Below, piece after piece: positions 51,679-62,544 of a stretch of DNA of 64,000 nt; within the stretch, counting starts at the first letter, position 1; each line of letters starts with the position of its first letter. Made by a program: the position numbers and the translations under genes. The notes under the pieces were generated by a model, which made no database searches, had not been told where the DNA came from, and was given only the letters and a program-made list of their open reading frames with translations. This DNA is from Desulfosudaceae bacterium (lineage in GTDB: Bacteria; Desulfobacterota; Desulfobacteria; Desulfobacterales; Desulfosudaceae). The stretch is from positions 1,024,001 to 1,088,000 of the forward strand of contig CAXXDV010000001.1 in the NCBI GenBank assembly GCA_963674745.2, written 5' to 3'.

Positions 51679-53165
51679 ACCTGACCGAATTTCCGCCCAA
51701 AATTAGAGACCACCTTATCCCGAAAGAACGGGGAGAGCTTTTATATCGCTGTGTCGGCTGCCGGGGTACGCACGGCATAGACAGGCTGCTGTATACCTGT
51801 CCGGATTGCGGCCGTGTTTTGATGATCGAAGACGCCCGCTTTGATCAGCTTAAGCAGGTCCCCGGCCCGGATTGGCGGCGGATTTTTGATTTTCGAAAAT
51901 GCCTGAACATTCCCGCCCTAAAAGGGGTTTACCTGTTTCATGAATTCATCGGTCCGGATATGCCCCTTGAGGCCATCGTCTGGCTGGGAGAAGGCAGAAC
52001 ACCAACCATCGAGGCCAGTCCGGCGTTACAGCAAAAAGTCGGGTTCCGCTTTTTTTTCAAGAACGAAGGGCAAAATCCCAGTGCCTCATTCAAAGACAGG
52101 GGTATGGCCAGTGCCTTTTCCCGTATTAACCACCTGATACAAAGCGGCAACCTGGCGGATGTCCTGGCCGTGTGCGCTTCAACCGGTGACACGTCGGCTT
52201 CGGCGGCGCTTTATGCCGCTTATTTAAAGCCCCGGGTCAAATCCGCCGTATTGCTGCCACATAAAAAAGTCACCCCCCAGCAGCTCTCCCAACCCCTTGG
52301 GAACGGGGCTTCGGTCTTTGAAATCCCCGGTGTTTTTGACGACTGCATGCGAGTGGTCGAGGAATTGTCCGAAAACTACAATGTGGCCCTGCTGAACTCG
52401 AAAAACGCCTGGCGCATTCTTGGTCAGGAGTCCTATTCTTATGAAATCGCCCAGGATTTTTCTTATGATATGACCGATAAAGTGGTGGTGGTTCCCATCG
52501 GCAATGCCGGCAATATTACAGCGGTGATGAACGGCTTTTTAAAGTTCTTCCGGACCGGGATTATCACCCATCTTCCCAAAATTATCGGGGTTCAGTCCCG
52601 CCACGCCAACCCGGTGTTCCGCTACTATCAGGAACCGGATCCATCCAAACGGAAATTTGTTCCCGTCAACGTCGAATCCAGCGTGGCACAGGCCGCTATG
52701 ATCGGGAACCCCGTATCCATGCCCCGGGTGATCAATCTGGCCCGACAATATGAAACCGCTGCCGACGGCCCCAGGATTTTCGTGGTTGAGGTGACGGAAC
52801 AGCAGATCATGGACTGGCAACTGACGGCCAACCGGCACGGCAATATCGTTTGCACCCATGGCGGTGAAAGCCTGGCCGGCCTTTTGGCGGCCATCAGGCT
52901 CAACCTGGTCGGCAAAAATGAAACCGCCATACTTGACTCTACCGCTCATGCCCTTAAGTTTTCGGATTTTCAACAGATGTATTTTGACAACCGGTTCCCG
53001 CCTGAATATAATGTCATACCGGATCCGGAGCTAATCAACGCACCGCAACTGATTAATGTTTCGCAACCCACGGACGCACCGGCCAAAGACACGTCCGGAA
53101 AAGAGCACATGGTCCAGGAAACCGCGAATGAGATCGCCCGGCGTTTGCAATTAACGAAAACATAA
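51675..53165 (+). CDS. thrC: Threonine synthase
   Basis: [10 protein letters not shown] (PLP Lys), [21 protein letters not shown] overlap with serS. Confidence 0.93.
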   Translation: MNLTEFPPKIRDHLIPKERGELLYRCVGCRGTHGIDRLLYTCPDCGRVLMIEDARFDQLKQVPGPDWRRIFDFRKCLNIPALKGVYLFHEFIGPDMPLEAIVWLGEGRTPTIEASPALQQKVGFRFFFKNEGQNPSASFKDRGMASAFSRINHLIQSGNLADVLAVCASTGDTSASAALYAAYLKPRVKSAVLLPHKKVTPQQLSQPLGNGASVFEIPGVFDDCMRVVEELSENYNVALLNSKNAWRILGQESYSYEIAQDFSYDMTDKVVVVPIGNAGNITAVMNGFLKFFRTGIITHLPKIIGVQSRHANPVFRYYQEPDPSKRKFVPVNVESSVAQAAMIGNPVSMPRVINLARQYETAADGPRIFVVEVTEQQIMDWQLTANRHGNIVCTHGGESLAGLLAAIRLNLVGKNETAILDSTAHALKFSDFQQMYFDNRFPPEYNVIPDPELINAPQLINVSQPTDAPAKDTSGKEHMVQETANEIARRLQLTKT

Positions 53166-53174
53166 GGATAAACG

Positions 53175-53942
53175 ATGAAAGCGCATTGCTGGTTATCGAT
53201 TTTTTTAGTTCTGGTTATTGCAGGCTGCGCAACAACCAATCAGAAGAAACACTCCAAAGAAGAAATTTTAAGGGTCCGCACCCTGGCAGAGGCCTATCTG
53301 GCTGAAAAAAAATTGGTTCCCGCCTACCGGGAATTGCTCAGAGCCCGTGACATGGACCCCAAAGACTCCCATGTTTACTATGATCTGGGCATCTTCTACT
53401 ATGAAAAAAACAAGTTTCTCGACGCTATCGACAACTACCAAAAAGCGTTGGAGCTGGAGCCTGATTTTGCCGCGGCAAGGAACAATCTGGGGGTCGTCTA
53501 CATGGAATTAAAGGAGTGGGACAGGGCCATTGAAACCCTGATGCCCATCACCGAAGATTATCTTTACGCCACCCCCCACTATCCGCAATTTTTGATCGGA
53601 CAGGCCTACTACCAGAAAAAGGATTTCCAGCATGCGGCGGAACATTTTAAAGCTTGCCTGGACTTGCAGCCCGACTTTCCTTTTGCCTCGCACTGGCTGG
53701 GAAAAACCTACCTGGCCGCGGGACAGCCGGAAAAAGCGGTCTCTGTTCTGGAAAAAGCCGTTAACCTGACGCCGGCCGCTGTTTTTCAGCTTGACCTGAG
53801 CCGGGCCTATGCCATGACCGGTAACTTTCAGAAAGCCCGGCAGTCGCTCGGAAAGGCCCAGTCCCTGGCAACAGACAGCGCTCTAAAAGAAGAGATCATC
53901 GAAGAACGGCAGAAACTGCAGGAAAAAGCCTGTCAACAGTAA
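53175..53942 (+). CDS. TPR lipoprotein (PilF/PilW/Tgl pilotin-like)
   Basis: Lipobox IAGC; TPRs; NNLGVVY, LYATP motif. Confidence 0.8.
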   Translation: MKAHCWLSIFLVLVIAGCATTNQKKHSKEEILRVRTLAEAYLAEKKLVPAYRELLRARDMDPKDSHVYYDLGIFYYEKNKFLDAIDNYQKALELEPDFAAARNNLGVVYMELKEWDRAIETLMPITEDYLYATPHYPQFLIGQAYYQKKDFQHAAEHFKACLDLQPDFPFASHWLGKTYLAAGQPEKAVSVLEKAVNLTPAAVFQLDLSRAYAMTGNFQKARQSLGKAQSLATDSALKEEIIEERQKLQEKACQQ

Positions 53943-54070
53943 CACAGGTCCAGTTACGATAACATTCTTAAGCCCGCAATCACATCCCCCTTGCGTTCTA
54001 ACCAGACACATGTTTATCTTCAGCCGCCCAATTATTTCCAAGTTGATTTGAACCCGAGCCCCCCGGTGAA

Positions 54071-54273
54071 GGGCAACCACGGGGGGTTGCCCCTACAGGC
54101 CGTGGAAAACGTTCATGCACAATGTAGGGGCAGGCCCCCGTGCCTGCCCGGCTCTTGGAGAAGGGCAACCACAGGGGGTTGCCCCTACGGGTCGCGGAGA
54201 GCGTTTATGAATAATGTAGGGACGCCCCCCGTGACCGCCCGGTAACTGAGCACCCGCAGAGGGGTTCCCCTAT
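54071..54273. repeat. GTAG-type REP cluster (BIME-like)
   Basis: Five alternating units at 54071-54096, 54124-54149, 54163-54188, 54216-54240, 54248-54273; 54124-54149 is the exact reverse complement of 24952-24977. Confidence 0.85.
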
Positions 54274-54488
54274 GTTGTAGCATCCTGCGTTTTGCAGAAG
54301 CGCCCAAATCAACGCTTGAAACATCCGGGTAAGCTCGCCGTCTTAAAACACCGGTCGACATGTCTTCCGCCCAAATATTTTACGGATTGATTTGAGCCTT
54401 TGCCGCCGGTCCTCATACCTAGCTTGACTTGCTACCGGCAACGGATTGAAGACAGACCCGAAAAGCATACGGGCAAGATAACGGGCAT

Positions 54489-54519
54489 AAAAAAAGAGCG
54501 GCCGGAAAACCGGCCGCTC
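54489..54519 (-). terminator. Rho-independent terminator of the pil operon
   Basis: GAGCGGCCGG-TTTT-CCGGCCGCTC followed by T7 on the minus strand, ~30 bp after the stop at 54551. Confidence 0.85.
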
Positions 54520-54550
54520 CTGCTTGCGCTTTTATGTCAGCTTATGGCTG

Positions 54551-57500
54551 TTAGGGAGGACAAACACCGACTGTCCAACTGCTTCCCCAGGGAGAATCCG
54601 GCAGGGCAGATTGGTCGCCAGCCAAAAAGTTCGGCCCATAGGGCAATACAGCGATGGTCTCACTTCCGTAGACGACAACAGAAGCCTTGATTTCCACTTT
54701 TGTCCAGGTTGAATATATTTTCTGCTGATAAAAATCAAACTCCGCCACGCCGTTTTCATCGGTTATAACACTGGTGGGAACCGTTCCGGCAGATGATTTT
54801 GGCGGATCCAGAACGCCATTTCCCGAAGCGGGATAACCTACCGCATCTTCACCGGGATCCAGAATTTCATTTTTGTTGGTATCCTCATTTGGATAGTACT
54901 CCACTTCTGGCGCTGACGGGTGCGCCCACAAGTTACCGGTGGAGCACGCCCAGTACAGCGGTCCGTCAGTCGCATCCGTCAAGCCGACGTAGTATCCAAG
55001 CGGCCAGACACTTAAGTTAACCGTGGCCCCGTTGACCGGGTTTCCATTGGAATCCGACACGAGAACCGTCATGGGCTTGCGATAAAGGCTGGCGCTGGCA
55101 GCCTCAAACTCCGTGGGTGCGCCAATGGAAACAGAGCTTGGCGTCCCTCCGATCACCACCCGGATGTTGTCGTCTATGCCGCTATCCAACAGCGTGGCGA
55201 GAACATTGATACCCAGGGAGTCTGAGTTCAACGCACCGGAGTAGAGCGTGGCATAGGCCTTTCCATTGATGTCCGTATAAAGATGCGCCGGGGAAACATA
55301 TTCACCCCCGCCGGTGGTATCTTCCAGGGATATAAAGACCGAAGCGCCACTGACCACTTCATCCCCGGCATTTTTAACCGTAATCGTCAGGTTTGAAATA
55401 TTCTGCACGCCTCCCGCGCTGGTGGGAATAGCCGTCGGGCTGGCCTGAATATCGATCTGCGAGGCTTCGCTGGAAGGCGCCGCCACAGCAACCCTGAGGC
55501 TGTCGTTGATAGCGCTGTTGGTCACGTCTTCAGCCCGCAGCGTGGCGACCCCGGCATTTTCTGTGGTGGCCAGAACGAATTCAACAACGCCAAGCGTTCC
55601 TAAAGCACCAGGCGGATCGGCAAGAAGCACGGACGTCCCGTCTCCGCTTACCGCTGTGGTTGCACCGATCGCGTGTAAAGTCCCCATGGTGGTGGTAATT
55701 TGCACATTGTTCCCATCCGGGCTCTGCACGCCTAAAAAAACCAGGCTTTTGGTCTCGCCGGCAATATAATCAGGGGCCGTGGTGTAATCGCCAGTGACGG
55801 GTGTAGGATCGGGTGGAAGCACCTGCGTGATGGTACCGTTTGCATTGGCAGGGCCCTCGTTTACCAGTATGGCCGAGGGATTAAGCGTTAACTGTAGTAC
55901 CGCTACCGCGTTGAGGAGGTAGTAACCATCGTTGAAGTCGGAACCCGTAACTTCAATAATACCCGGGGTTAGGGTATCCGACCCATCCCCCGAGCCATCA
56001 AAGTCCAGAAATGATGTTATGTCGCCGACGGCATGATCAATTGTTGAACCAACAGCGGTATATGTAAGGTCAGTCACCAATCCGGTCGTCTCGCCGGTGC
56101 TCGGGGTTCCCTCCTGGAATTCAAACGCATCGCCGCTGACCGTAACATCCTGGGAAGCGGTGGCCCCCAGGCCGGTGGCGGTTATTGTAATCGGGGTATT
56201 ATTCCCGGCTTGATCACCGAGAACCGACACCACCAGGGTTCCGGTAACATCAGTTGTTCCGGTAAAGGTAGCCGTTCCACCGAGAGTTGAATTCGGGTCT
56301 CGGAACAGTACCCTCCCGCTCCCGGAGTTGCTGTCCTGTCTAAGCGTTACCTCCGCCAGATAAACGGCCACTCCCCCGGCATCCCTGGCGGTTATCGTCA
56401 TGTCCGTGATGGTAGCCGTCCCAACTTCAAGTGATGTGTTGTTGATTTGCACTGTTAATGTAGAGCCGACCAGCCGCACAGGGATGGTCGCCGTCTCTAA
56501 ATCCGGTGTTGAAGCACTGATCGTCACCACCTGGTTCGTCTTGCCCAGGTCAACATCCGAGCCGGACTTGAACGTTATTTGCGCTTCACCGTTTATATCG
56601 GTAACAACCCGTCTGTCACTGATCAGTCCTGCCGTGGCCTGAAAGGTTATCGGCACGGATTCAATCGGGACCCGGTTCCGGTCCTGGGCAGTGGCCGTAA
56701 TGATGGCATAATCATTATTGTCGGTTTTAACCGTTGTTTGCGTGGTTGAAATGGAAAGGTCATCGACATTGGCCGTCACACTGACGGTCGTTGAATCGGT
56801 GACGCTACCGGCCTTGGCGGTAATGGTCACCTCCCCGTATTTTTCACCGGTAAGCATCGTGGTGGTAGAACCGTTGGTTGTCTGGCCGGTCGCAGGGTAC
56901 AAGGACCCGGCATCCGAGTCCACCGTGAAACTGACAGACGTGCCGTCGGAAACCTGCTGTCCGCCGGTGCCGGTTACTGTGGCGGTAATCATTATTGAAC
57001 CGCCCATGAGCACCGAAGCGGCAGAGGCAGACAGTGAAATGCTTTCCGGATCGACCGAACCCGGCTCCTGAATGGTTATTTCCAAGGTGCCGGTACCGGC
57101 GCCGTAGGTGGCGCCGACCACAACGGTGCCGGCTGATCTGGCCGTAAGCTTGACGGTTGCCACGCCGTTGGTGGTCAAAACGGTTGTTTCATCAAGTTCA
57201 GCCAGCTGGTCATCGGACAAATCAAATTTGATTTCCGTGTCGTCGGCTACCAGGGTGCCGTTACTTTCCATTACCGTGGCTGATATTTCAATTACCTGGC
57301 CGACCAGTATGGTTGTGTCGTCAACCGTAAGTACGATCGTAGGAGCGGTATCCACAATGGTGATGGAAGTGGTGAAAATCGCGCCGCCGGCCTGACAGAT
57401 CAGGTTGGCAATACCCGCAACCTGTCCGGTAATAACAAAGGTGGCTTTTCCGTCGACCGTTTCTTGCGAGGCGGGCGTAATGGTTACCAACCCTTGAGCA

Positions 57501-57748
57501 TCACTCATCGTCACCGAGGTCCCATCGGCTACCTTCATGTCATCGGTGTCTGTAATGTTGGCCGTTATGGTAATCACGCCATTGATGGGAACGATATTGT
57601 TAAACGCTTTAAAAATGATTTGAGCCGGCGGGCCTGGTTCCTTGGCCTCTTCACCGCCGCCACCGCCTTCAGTGCTACAGCCCGTCATCAGCAGCGCGAC
57701 AAAAAGCAACATCATTCCTGTCCATAACCAGCGATTTGTTTTCTTCAT
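54551..57748 (-). CDS. Large lipoprotein with tandem Ig-like (Big_1/invasin-type) domains
   Basis: Lipobox MTGC; repeated V.DGT.V.F / T.NG.AT Ig motifs; Thr-rich; EDTNKNEILDPGED. Confidence 0.85.
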   Translation of the reverse strand: MKKTNRWLWTGMMLLFVALLMTGCSTEGGGGGEEAKEPGPPAQIIFKAFNNIVPINGVITITANITDTDDMKVADGTSVTMSDAQGLVTITPASQETVDGKATFVITGQVAGIANLICQAGGAIFTTSITIVDTAPTIVLTVDDTTILVGQVIEISATVMESNGTLVADDTEIKFDLSDDQLAELDETTVLTTNGVATVKLTARSAGTVVVGATYGAGTGTLEITIQEPGSVDPESISLSASAASVLMGGSIMITATVTGTGGQQVSDGTSVSFTVDSDAGSLYPATGQTTNGSTTTMLTGEKYGEVTITAKAGSVTDSTTVSVTANVDDLSISTTQTTVKTDNNDYAIITATAQDRNRVPIESVPITFQATAGLISDRRVVTDINGEAQITFKSGSDVDLGKTNQVVTISASTPDLETATIPVRLVGSTLTVQINNTSLEVGTATITDMTITARDAGGVAVYLAEVTLRQDSNSGSGRVLFRDPNSTLGGTATFTGTTDVTGTLVVSVLGDQAGNNTPITITATGLGATASQDVTVSGDAFEFQEGTPSTGETTGLVTDLTYTAVGSTIDHAVGDITSFLDFDGSGDGSDTLTPGIIEVTGSDFNDGYYLLNAVAVLQLTLNPSAILVNEGPANANGTITQVLPPDPTPVTGDYTTAPDYIAGETKSLVFLGVQSPDGNNVQITTTMGTLHAIGATTAVSGDGTSVLLADPPGALGTLGVVEFVLATTENAGVATLRAEDVTNSAINDSLRVAVAAPSSEASQIDIQASPTAIPTSAGGVQNISNLTITVKNAGDEVVSGASVFISLEDTTGGGEYVSPAHLYTDINGKAYATLYSGALNSDSLGINVLATLLDSGIDDNIRVVIGGTPSSVSIGAPTEFEAASASLYRKPMTVLVSDSNGNPVNGATVNLSVWPLGYYVGLTDATDGPLYWACSTGNLWAHPSAPEVEYYPNEDTNKNEILDPGEDAVGYPASGNGVLDPPKSSAGTVPTSVITDENGVAEFDFYQQKIYSTWTKVEIKASVVVYGSETIAVLPYGPNFLAGDQSALPDSPWGSSWTVGVCPP

Positions 57749-57833
57749 AATCCTACTTCCTCTCTCCCCAGGCCTGACCCGGTATTAACTATAAATGCTC
57801 TTAATTTGTTGTTTGCGCATAAATTTTGTTATA

Positions 57834-60824
57834 TTAATCCAGCCGGACAATTGTCGGTGTAATAAATATCAACAGCTCGGTTTTTTCGTTGGTTTTTGTT
57901 TGTTGTTTAAACAAATGGCCTAAAAGCGGCAGTTTATTGATAAAGGGAAGGCCGCTCCAGCTGTCTCTGTCCGTCTCCTGAATAATACCGCCGATGACAA
58001 TCGTATCGCCATCGTTAACCAGCAATTCGGTATCGGCCTCTTTTGTATTTAGGGGGGGTTCCGAAAGCGCGCCGATTTCTCCGACTTCTTTTTCCTCAAT
58101 ATGTATTTTCATGGAAATCCGGTTGTCCGGGGTAACGTGAGGGGTAACCTGCAGTTTGAGAGTGGCGTCTTTGAATTCCGTGTCCGCTTCACCCTCATCA
58201 ACTGTTGTATAAGGAATTTCCTGCCCCTGGGAGATGGTGGCCTGTTTATTGTCCAGCGTTACGATTCTGGGGCTGGAAATAATTCTGACTTCACCGACGG
58301 TTTCCATCAGAGAGAGCCTGGCATCCAGAGAAAAAGGCGTGCCCACGATTCTGGAAAAATTTATCCCTAGTATATTGGTTGCTGACGAGGCCGGATTGTT
58401 CATGGCCACACCGTATGTATATGTTCCGCCGATTTCATGACGATAGGTGCCAGGACTGTTGTCAAATCCCCACTGGGTTCCGAAGTCTCTGGAAAAGTTG
58501 GTACTGGTTTCAACCATGCGGGCATTGATCATAACCTGAGGCGTAACTTTATCTATTTGTGCAATAATTTCCCGTGCCTTATCAACTTTCTCCTGAATAT
58601 CCGTCATAATCAACTGATTGGTCCGGGTATCGACTTTAGCATGACCTCTATCCGGTGTGAGGATATCTTCAACATGAGGCAATATATCCGAAGAGGCATC
58701 CGAATAACTGATGGCAAAATATTCCGTTACCAGCGGCGCCAGTTGTTCTTCGGTTGCCTTCAACTCCTGATCGGCGGCCATGGCCGCTCTGGCGGACTCT
58801 TTCTGCTTGAGAAGCGTCTCCTTGGTTGAAAGTCGAACGATCCCGTTTTGCTCCATCATTCCCAGATCATTCATTTCCAGAATCAAATCCAGCACCTGAT
58901 CCCAGGGAACCGGATTTACAAAACTCAAGGTGACACTTCCGCCCACATCCTTGTCGATTGCGAAGTTCTTACCGCTTACATCTTTTAATATTCTGATCAC
59001 ATTGCGAATATCGGTTTTATAAAACTCAATGGCAATCGGTTCCCCGGTATAAACGGGCTGCCTGCCGCCCAGCTCCGGGGGCAACCCCGTCGCTGCTGAA
59101 TCCGTGCCCGCTACGACAGGTGTTTCTTCTGCCCACTCTTCGGTTTCGGCCATGTCCGGACTGGACGCTGCCGTACCTTCATCCATCGCTGCTTCAGCCA
59201 TCTCCCCGGATGCCGCTTCTTTGGGATCTTCCGCCACGGTTAAAATATCTTCTGTCGGAATGACAACTTTTTGCGCCGGATCAGGTGGAATTGTCGAGGG
59301 TTCAAAATGGACCAGAATCAGGTTGCCGTCCTGCTCCGAAGTATATCCGACATTTTCTCTTAAATTGATGTTAACTACGGAAAACCCCTGCTCTTTCATT
59401 TTCTGGGTCTGCACCGGCAAAATCGAATTTACGGCACTGTCAAAACGGGTCGTAATCAGCGGTCGTTGACGGAAACTGAGTATATCGGCGTTATCAAGCG
59501 TCAACTGAATCTTGTTGGCCTCCCTTTCAACCAGATCAAAGCTGACCGGATGGGTGGTACCGATACGGATGGTTGACCGGCCGCCATCGTCTATAAAGTC
59601 AATCTGGTTAACCAGAGCCGGTCGTCCGTACGATTCTTGTTCGGAGGCGGTATCAGCCGCTGTTTCGGCGATATCGTCCCGGGTTTCATCCATATCGACA
59701 GGGTCGGCATACAAATCTTCTTCCACTGCCCCTTCCGACACGTATTCACCCTCATCCATGGCTGTTTTTACAGGCGTGTCGGGATCCGTATATACAACGT
59801 CATCGGCGGCCGGCTCCGAATAAACATCTTCGTCAGTAGATGTTGTTTCCGGCTGCGCAAATGACGTTTGCGCCGGTGCATCCAGAACCAACCCGGCTGT
59901 ATTGCCGACATAAACCACCAGACCGTCATAAACCGGAACCGCCTTATATTCGGACAGCGCTTCGTGGCTCACGTCCAGCACCACCCGCACATATCCTTTA
60001 TGAATACAATGGCGTACCTGCTGCACCATTTCCGACCCCACAGCCAATCGCTGCTCTTTTTTATAAGGACTTGCCAGTCCGGCCAGATCCAGAACGATCC
60101 GGGGTGGTTTGCTCAATGTAAAACTTTTATATTCTTTAATTGCGCCGTCGGCTTTAATTTTCACGCCCACGCGATCGCCTTCATCCATCACATCCACACT
60201 GTCCAGGATTGTGGCAACGGCCATTGGTTGATCGCTCACATCTTCAACCGGTTGAACGACGTCAACGTCTCCGCCGGTATCCCCTCCGGATTCGATATCT
60301 TCAGACTGGAAACTGCCGGCGTCTACCTGACCGGATGATGTTCTGGGAAAAACCACCATCAGCATCGTATCGTCTTCTCCCCGGTGTGCATCACACTTAA
60401 TCTCCGGGCTCTTGACAGGAATAACAATTTTTGAAGGGCCGCCTTTGACCAGCTCAACAGCTTCAATAACCCCGATAACCTCGTTGTTCACAGGATATTC
60501 TGCTGCCGGCAGACTCAACCCTGAATCCGGGAAATAAAGTACTTTGGCCTGCTGAAGAGGCGGTTCGGCCAGCGTATAATCAACCACATGATTGGCCTGA
60601 ATGGACATAACAATAGCGTCGGCTGTCTCTTCTATACTGATGCCGGTAATCAACTTGTCGCCAGACGGCACTTCCTCTGCCATTGTTGCATCTTTTTGAT
60701 CTCTTGACTGCTTACTGGTATCCGTGGTTGCGCATCCAAGCACAATCATCATTACCGCAAGGATCATACCCAAAGAACAAACAACCGCTCTTGATTTCAT
60801 TTTGTTTACTGATTGTTTTAACAT
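57834..60824 (-). CDS. pilQ: Type IV pilus secretin
   Basis: Lipobox, AMIN-like domains (PPRIVLDL), YTGEPI, VPWDQVLD, QVMINARMVE, ELLIFITP. Confidence 0.95.
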   Translation of the reverse strand: MLKQSVNKMKSRAVVCSLGMILAVMMIVLGCATTDTSKQSRDQKDATMAEEVPSGDKLITGISIEETADAIVMSIQANHVVDYTLAEPPLQQAKVLYFPDSGLSLPAAEYPVNNEVIGVIEAVELVKGGPSKIVIPVKSPEIKCDAHRGEDDTMLMVVFPRTSSGQVDAGSFQSEDIESGGDTGGDVDVVQPVEDVSDQPMAVATILDSVDVMDEGDRVGVKIKADGAIKEYKSFTLSKPPRIVLDLAGLASPYKKEQRLAVGSEMVQQVRHCIHKGYVRVVLDVSHEALSEYKAVPVYDGLVVYVGNTAGLVLDAPAQTSFAQPETTSTDEDVYSEPAADDVVYTDPDTPVKTAMDEGEYVSEGAVEEDLYADPVDMDETRDDIAETAADTASEQESYGRPALVNQIDFIDDGGRSTIRIGTTHPVSFDLVEREANKIQLTLDNADILSFRQRPLITTRFDSAVNSILPVQTQKMKEQGFSVVNINLRENVGYTSEQDGNLILVHFEPSTIPPDPAQKVVIPTEDILTVAEDPKEAASGEMAEAAMDEGTAASSPDMAETEEWAEETPVVAGTDSAATGLPPELGGRQPVYTGEPIAIEFYKTDIRNVIRILKDVSGKNFAIDKDVGGSVTLSFVNPVPWDQVLDLILEMNDLGMMEQNGIVRLSTKETLLKQKESARAAMAADQELKATEEQLAPLVTEYFAISYSDASSDILPHVEDILTPDRGHAKVDTRTNQLIMTDIQEKVDKAREIIAQIDKVTPQVMINARMVETSTNFSRDFGTQWGFDNSPGTYRHEIGGTYTYGVAMNNPASSATNILGINFSRIVGTPFSLDARLSLMETVGEVRIISSPRIVTLDNKQATISQGQEIPYTTVDEGEADTEFKDATLKLQVTPHVTPDNRISMKIHIEEKEVGEIGALSEPPLNTKEADTELLVNDGDTIVIGGIIQETDRDSWSGLPFINKLPLLGHLFKQQTKTNEKTELLIFITPTIVRLD

Positions 60825-60826
60825 AT

Positions 60827-61801
60827 TTACTCTCCAGCCGGTTTCTGAAGTTTTAATACCGTTTGCGATTGTCGCGTTCCGATACTCTCAACAATAACAA
60901 CCCTGTCTGACTCTATTTTTTGCACTGTCCCAGAGTTCAGGCCGACATAAGTACCCATTGTTATCACATACCCTTCACCACTGGCATCCACAACAATGGC
61001 CCGATTTCCACTTTGTGCCTGAATAACCCCTTTTAGGGTCAACTGGCCGATATCTATTTTTTCCAACGGGGTTAAAAACTCCCGTTTATCCCTGAAACTT
61101 GGCAGATCCATCGAGACACCCGTATCTTCTTTTTGAAACAGGGGCGCAAAAGGATTAAAAAATTCATCCTTTTCTGCTTCTTCATCACCTTCGCCTGTTC
61201 CGGTTTCCGTTTCGGCTGTTTCTTTTCCAAGGTCAATTACCGGCGCCGCCTCCGGAGCATCGCCTTCACCGGGCACCAGATCCGTTTCAGACGAAATCTG
61301 TTTTTGCTTTTCAGCAACCAGTTGTTCCACCTGTTTTGTCGCTGCCTCGACTTTAGCTGCGGTTTTGGCTTCTTTCGTGATGGCATCGATTTCAGCCTGT
61401 TTTTCAGGTGAAAGCTGCTTTACAGCATCTTCTCCTGAAGCCGTTCCCTGTGTACCGGCCGGGGCTGCTGGTTTGTTCTGGGCCATCAATGTTGAGGCCG
61501 GCGTGCTCTTTTCCGCAACCGGCTGCTGCAAAACGGTTGCAGGTGGCGTGGGCGTCTTCGCCGGCTCAGACGCCTTGACGGCTTTACCAGGCGTGGGCGC
61601 TTTTTTCTGCTGTGTATCCGGAGTCACGTTTGGTTTCGTTTCTGCACCCGGAATCTTCTGCCGTGCGATTTCCTGTGCCTGCTTGCTTTTTCCTTTATCC
61701 GGGGAGTCGGATTTACCACCACACCCCACCATAAGCAAGCAAATCAGACAGCAGGAAAGAAGTCCTGCGCTGCTTTTATATAACCTGTTCACAATGACCA
61801 T
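60827..61801 (-). CDS. pilP: Type IV pilus assembly lipoprotein
   Basis: Lipobox MVGC; NPFAPL, TPLEKIDIGQLTLKGVI, G.YVGLNSG. Confidence 0.9.
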   Translation of the reverse strand: MVIVNRLYKSSAGLLSCCLICLLMVGCGGKSDSPDKGKSKQAQEIARQKIPGAETKPNVTPDTQQKKAPTPGKAVKASEPAKTPTPPATVLQQPVAEKSTPASTLMAQNKPAAPAGTQGTASGEDAVKQLSPEKQAEIDAITKEAKTAAKVEAATKQVEQLVAEKQKQISSETDLVPGEGDAPEAAPVIDLGKETAETETGTGEGDEEAEKDEFFNPFAPLFQKEDTGVSMDLPSFRDKREFLTPLEKIDIGQLTLKGVIQAQSGNRAIVVDASGEGYVITMGTYVGLNSGTVQKIESDRVVIVESIGTRQSQTVLKLQKPAGE

Positions 61802-61838
61802 AATTGTTTCTTTTTTGCCTTTTTTGTGGGTTTATTTA

Positions 61839-62528
61839 TTAATGCTTGCGCTTTTTACCTTTTTGTCCACCTTTCTCTTTTTTTTCGCTGTCAGAAAGAA
61901 ACCTGTATGTTACAGCCGTACATTCAACGTCTATCTGTGCGGGGCCGACACCGCCGCCGCCTTTTTTGCCTTTTTTGCCGCCTCTGCCGCCGCTACTATT
62001 CATGGTCATGGATATGTTTTTGATGTTCACCACACGGTCCATTTTGGCTATTTTGTCAAAAAACATCGTTAAGCGCTCGTAAGGCCCGCTGATCGAGATG
62101 GCAACCGGAATCTCCGCGTAAAAGTCCCGTGCAATTTCTCCCTGTGGCGCGAACCGGTTAAAAACCAACCCGGAATTCCGCCCGGCTGCAGAAATATCCC
62201 CCAGAAGTGCCGGAATTTCCTGTTTGTCCGGCAGTGCTGTCATAACGACCTCAAACTCTTTTTGTTTCTCAGCCCACTTTTCCTTCCAGCTGTCCAGTTC
62301 AGCCGCCTTTTTCTTTGCTTCTTTTAATTTCTTATCCGTATCGGTGATTTGTTTTTGGACTCGTCCAATTTCTTCATACTTGGGCTTAAAAGAAAAAACA
62401 ACAAACCCGGCGATTAGAAGCGCAAAGACAACTACCCCGACAATCAGTCGTTGAACCAGGCTCAGCTTTCCCACCGCTTCAAAAAGCGGCTGCATTTTCG
62501 AGCTAAAACCTTCCATGTTTTTTTTCAT
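61839..62528 (-). CDS. pilO: Type IV pilus assembly protein
   Basis: TM plus coiled coil; LPDKQEIPALL, FYAEIPV, RVVNI. Confidence 0.92.
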   Translation of the reverse strand: MKKNMEGFSSKMQPLFEAVGKLSLVQRLIVGVVVFALLIAGFVVFSFKPKYEEIGRVQKQITDTDKKLKEAKKKAAELDSWKEKWAEKQKEFEVVMTALPDKQEIPALLGDISAAGRNSGLVFNRFAPQGEIARDFYAEIPVAISISGPYERLTMFFDKIAKMDRVVNIKNISMTMNSSGGRGGKKGKKGGGGVGPAQIDVECTAVTYRFLSDSEKKEKGGQKGKKRKH

Positions 62529-62544
62529 ATGAATATCCCGTATC

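Noticed and set aside
53991..54245. Short ORFs containing CRGRPPCLP (also 24889-25113)
   Set aside because: They are translations of the REP palindromes, not genes.
54071..54273. Possible CRISPR array (also 24919-25049)
   Set aside because: Units alternate in orientation, linkers are shared between loci rather than unique, and there are no cas genes. This fits REP/BIME.
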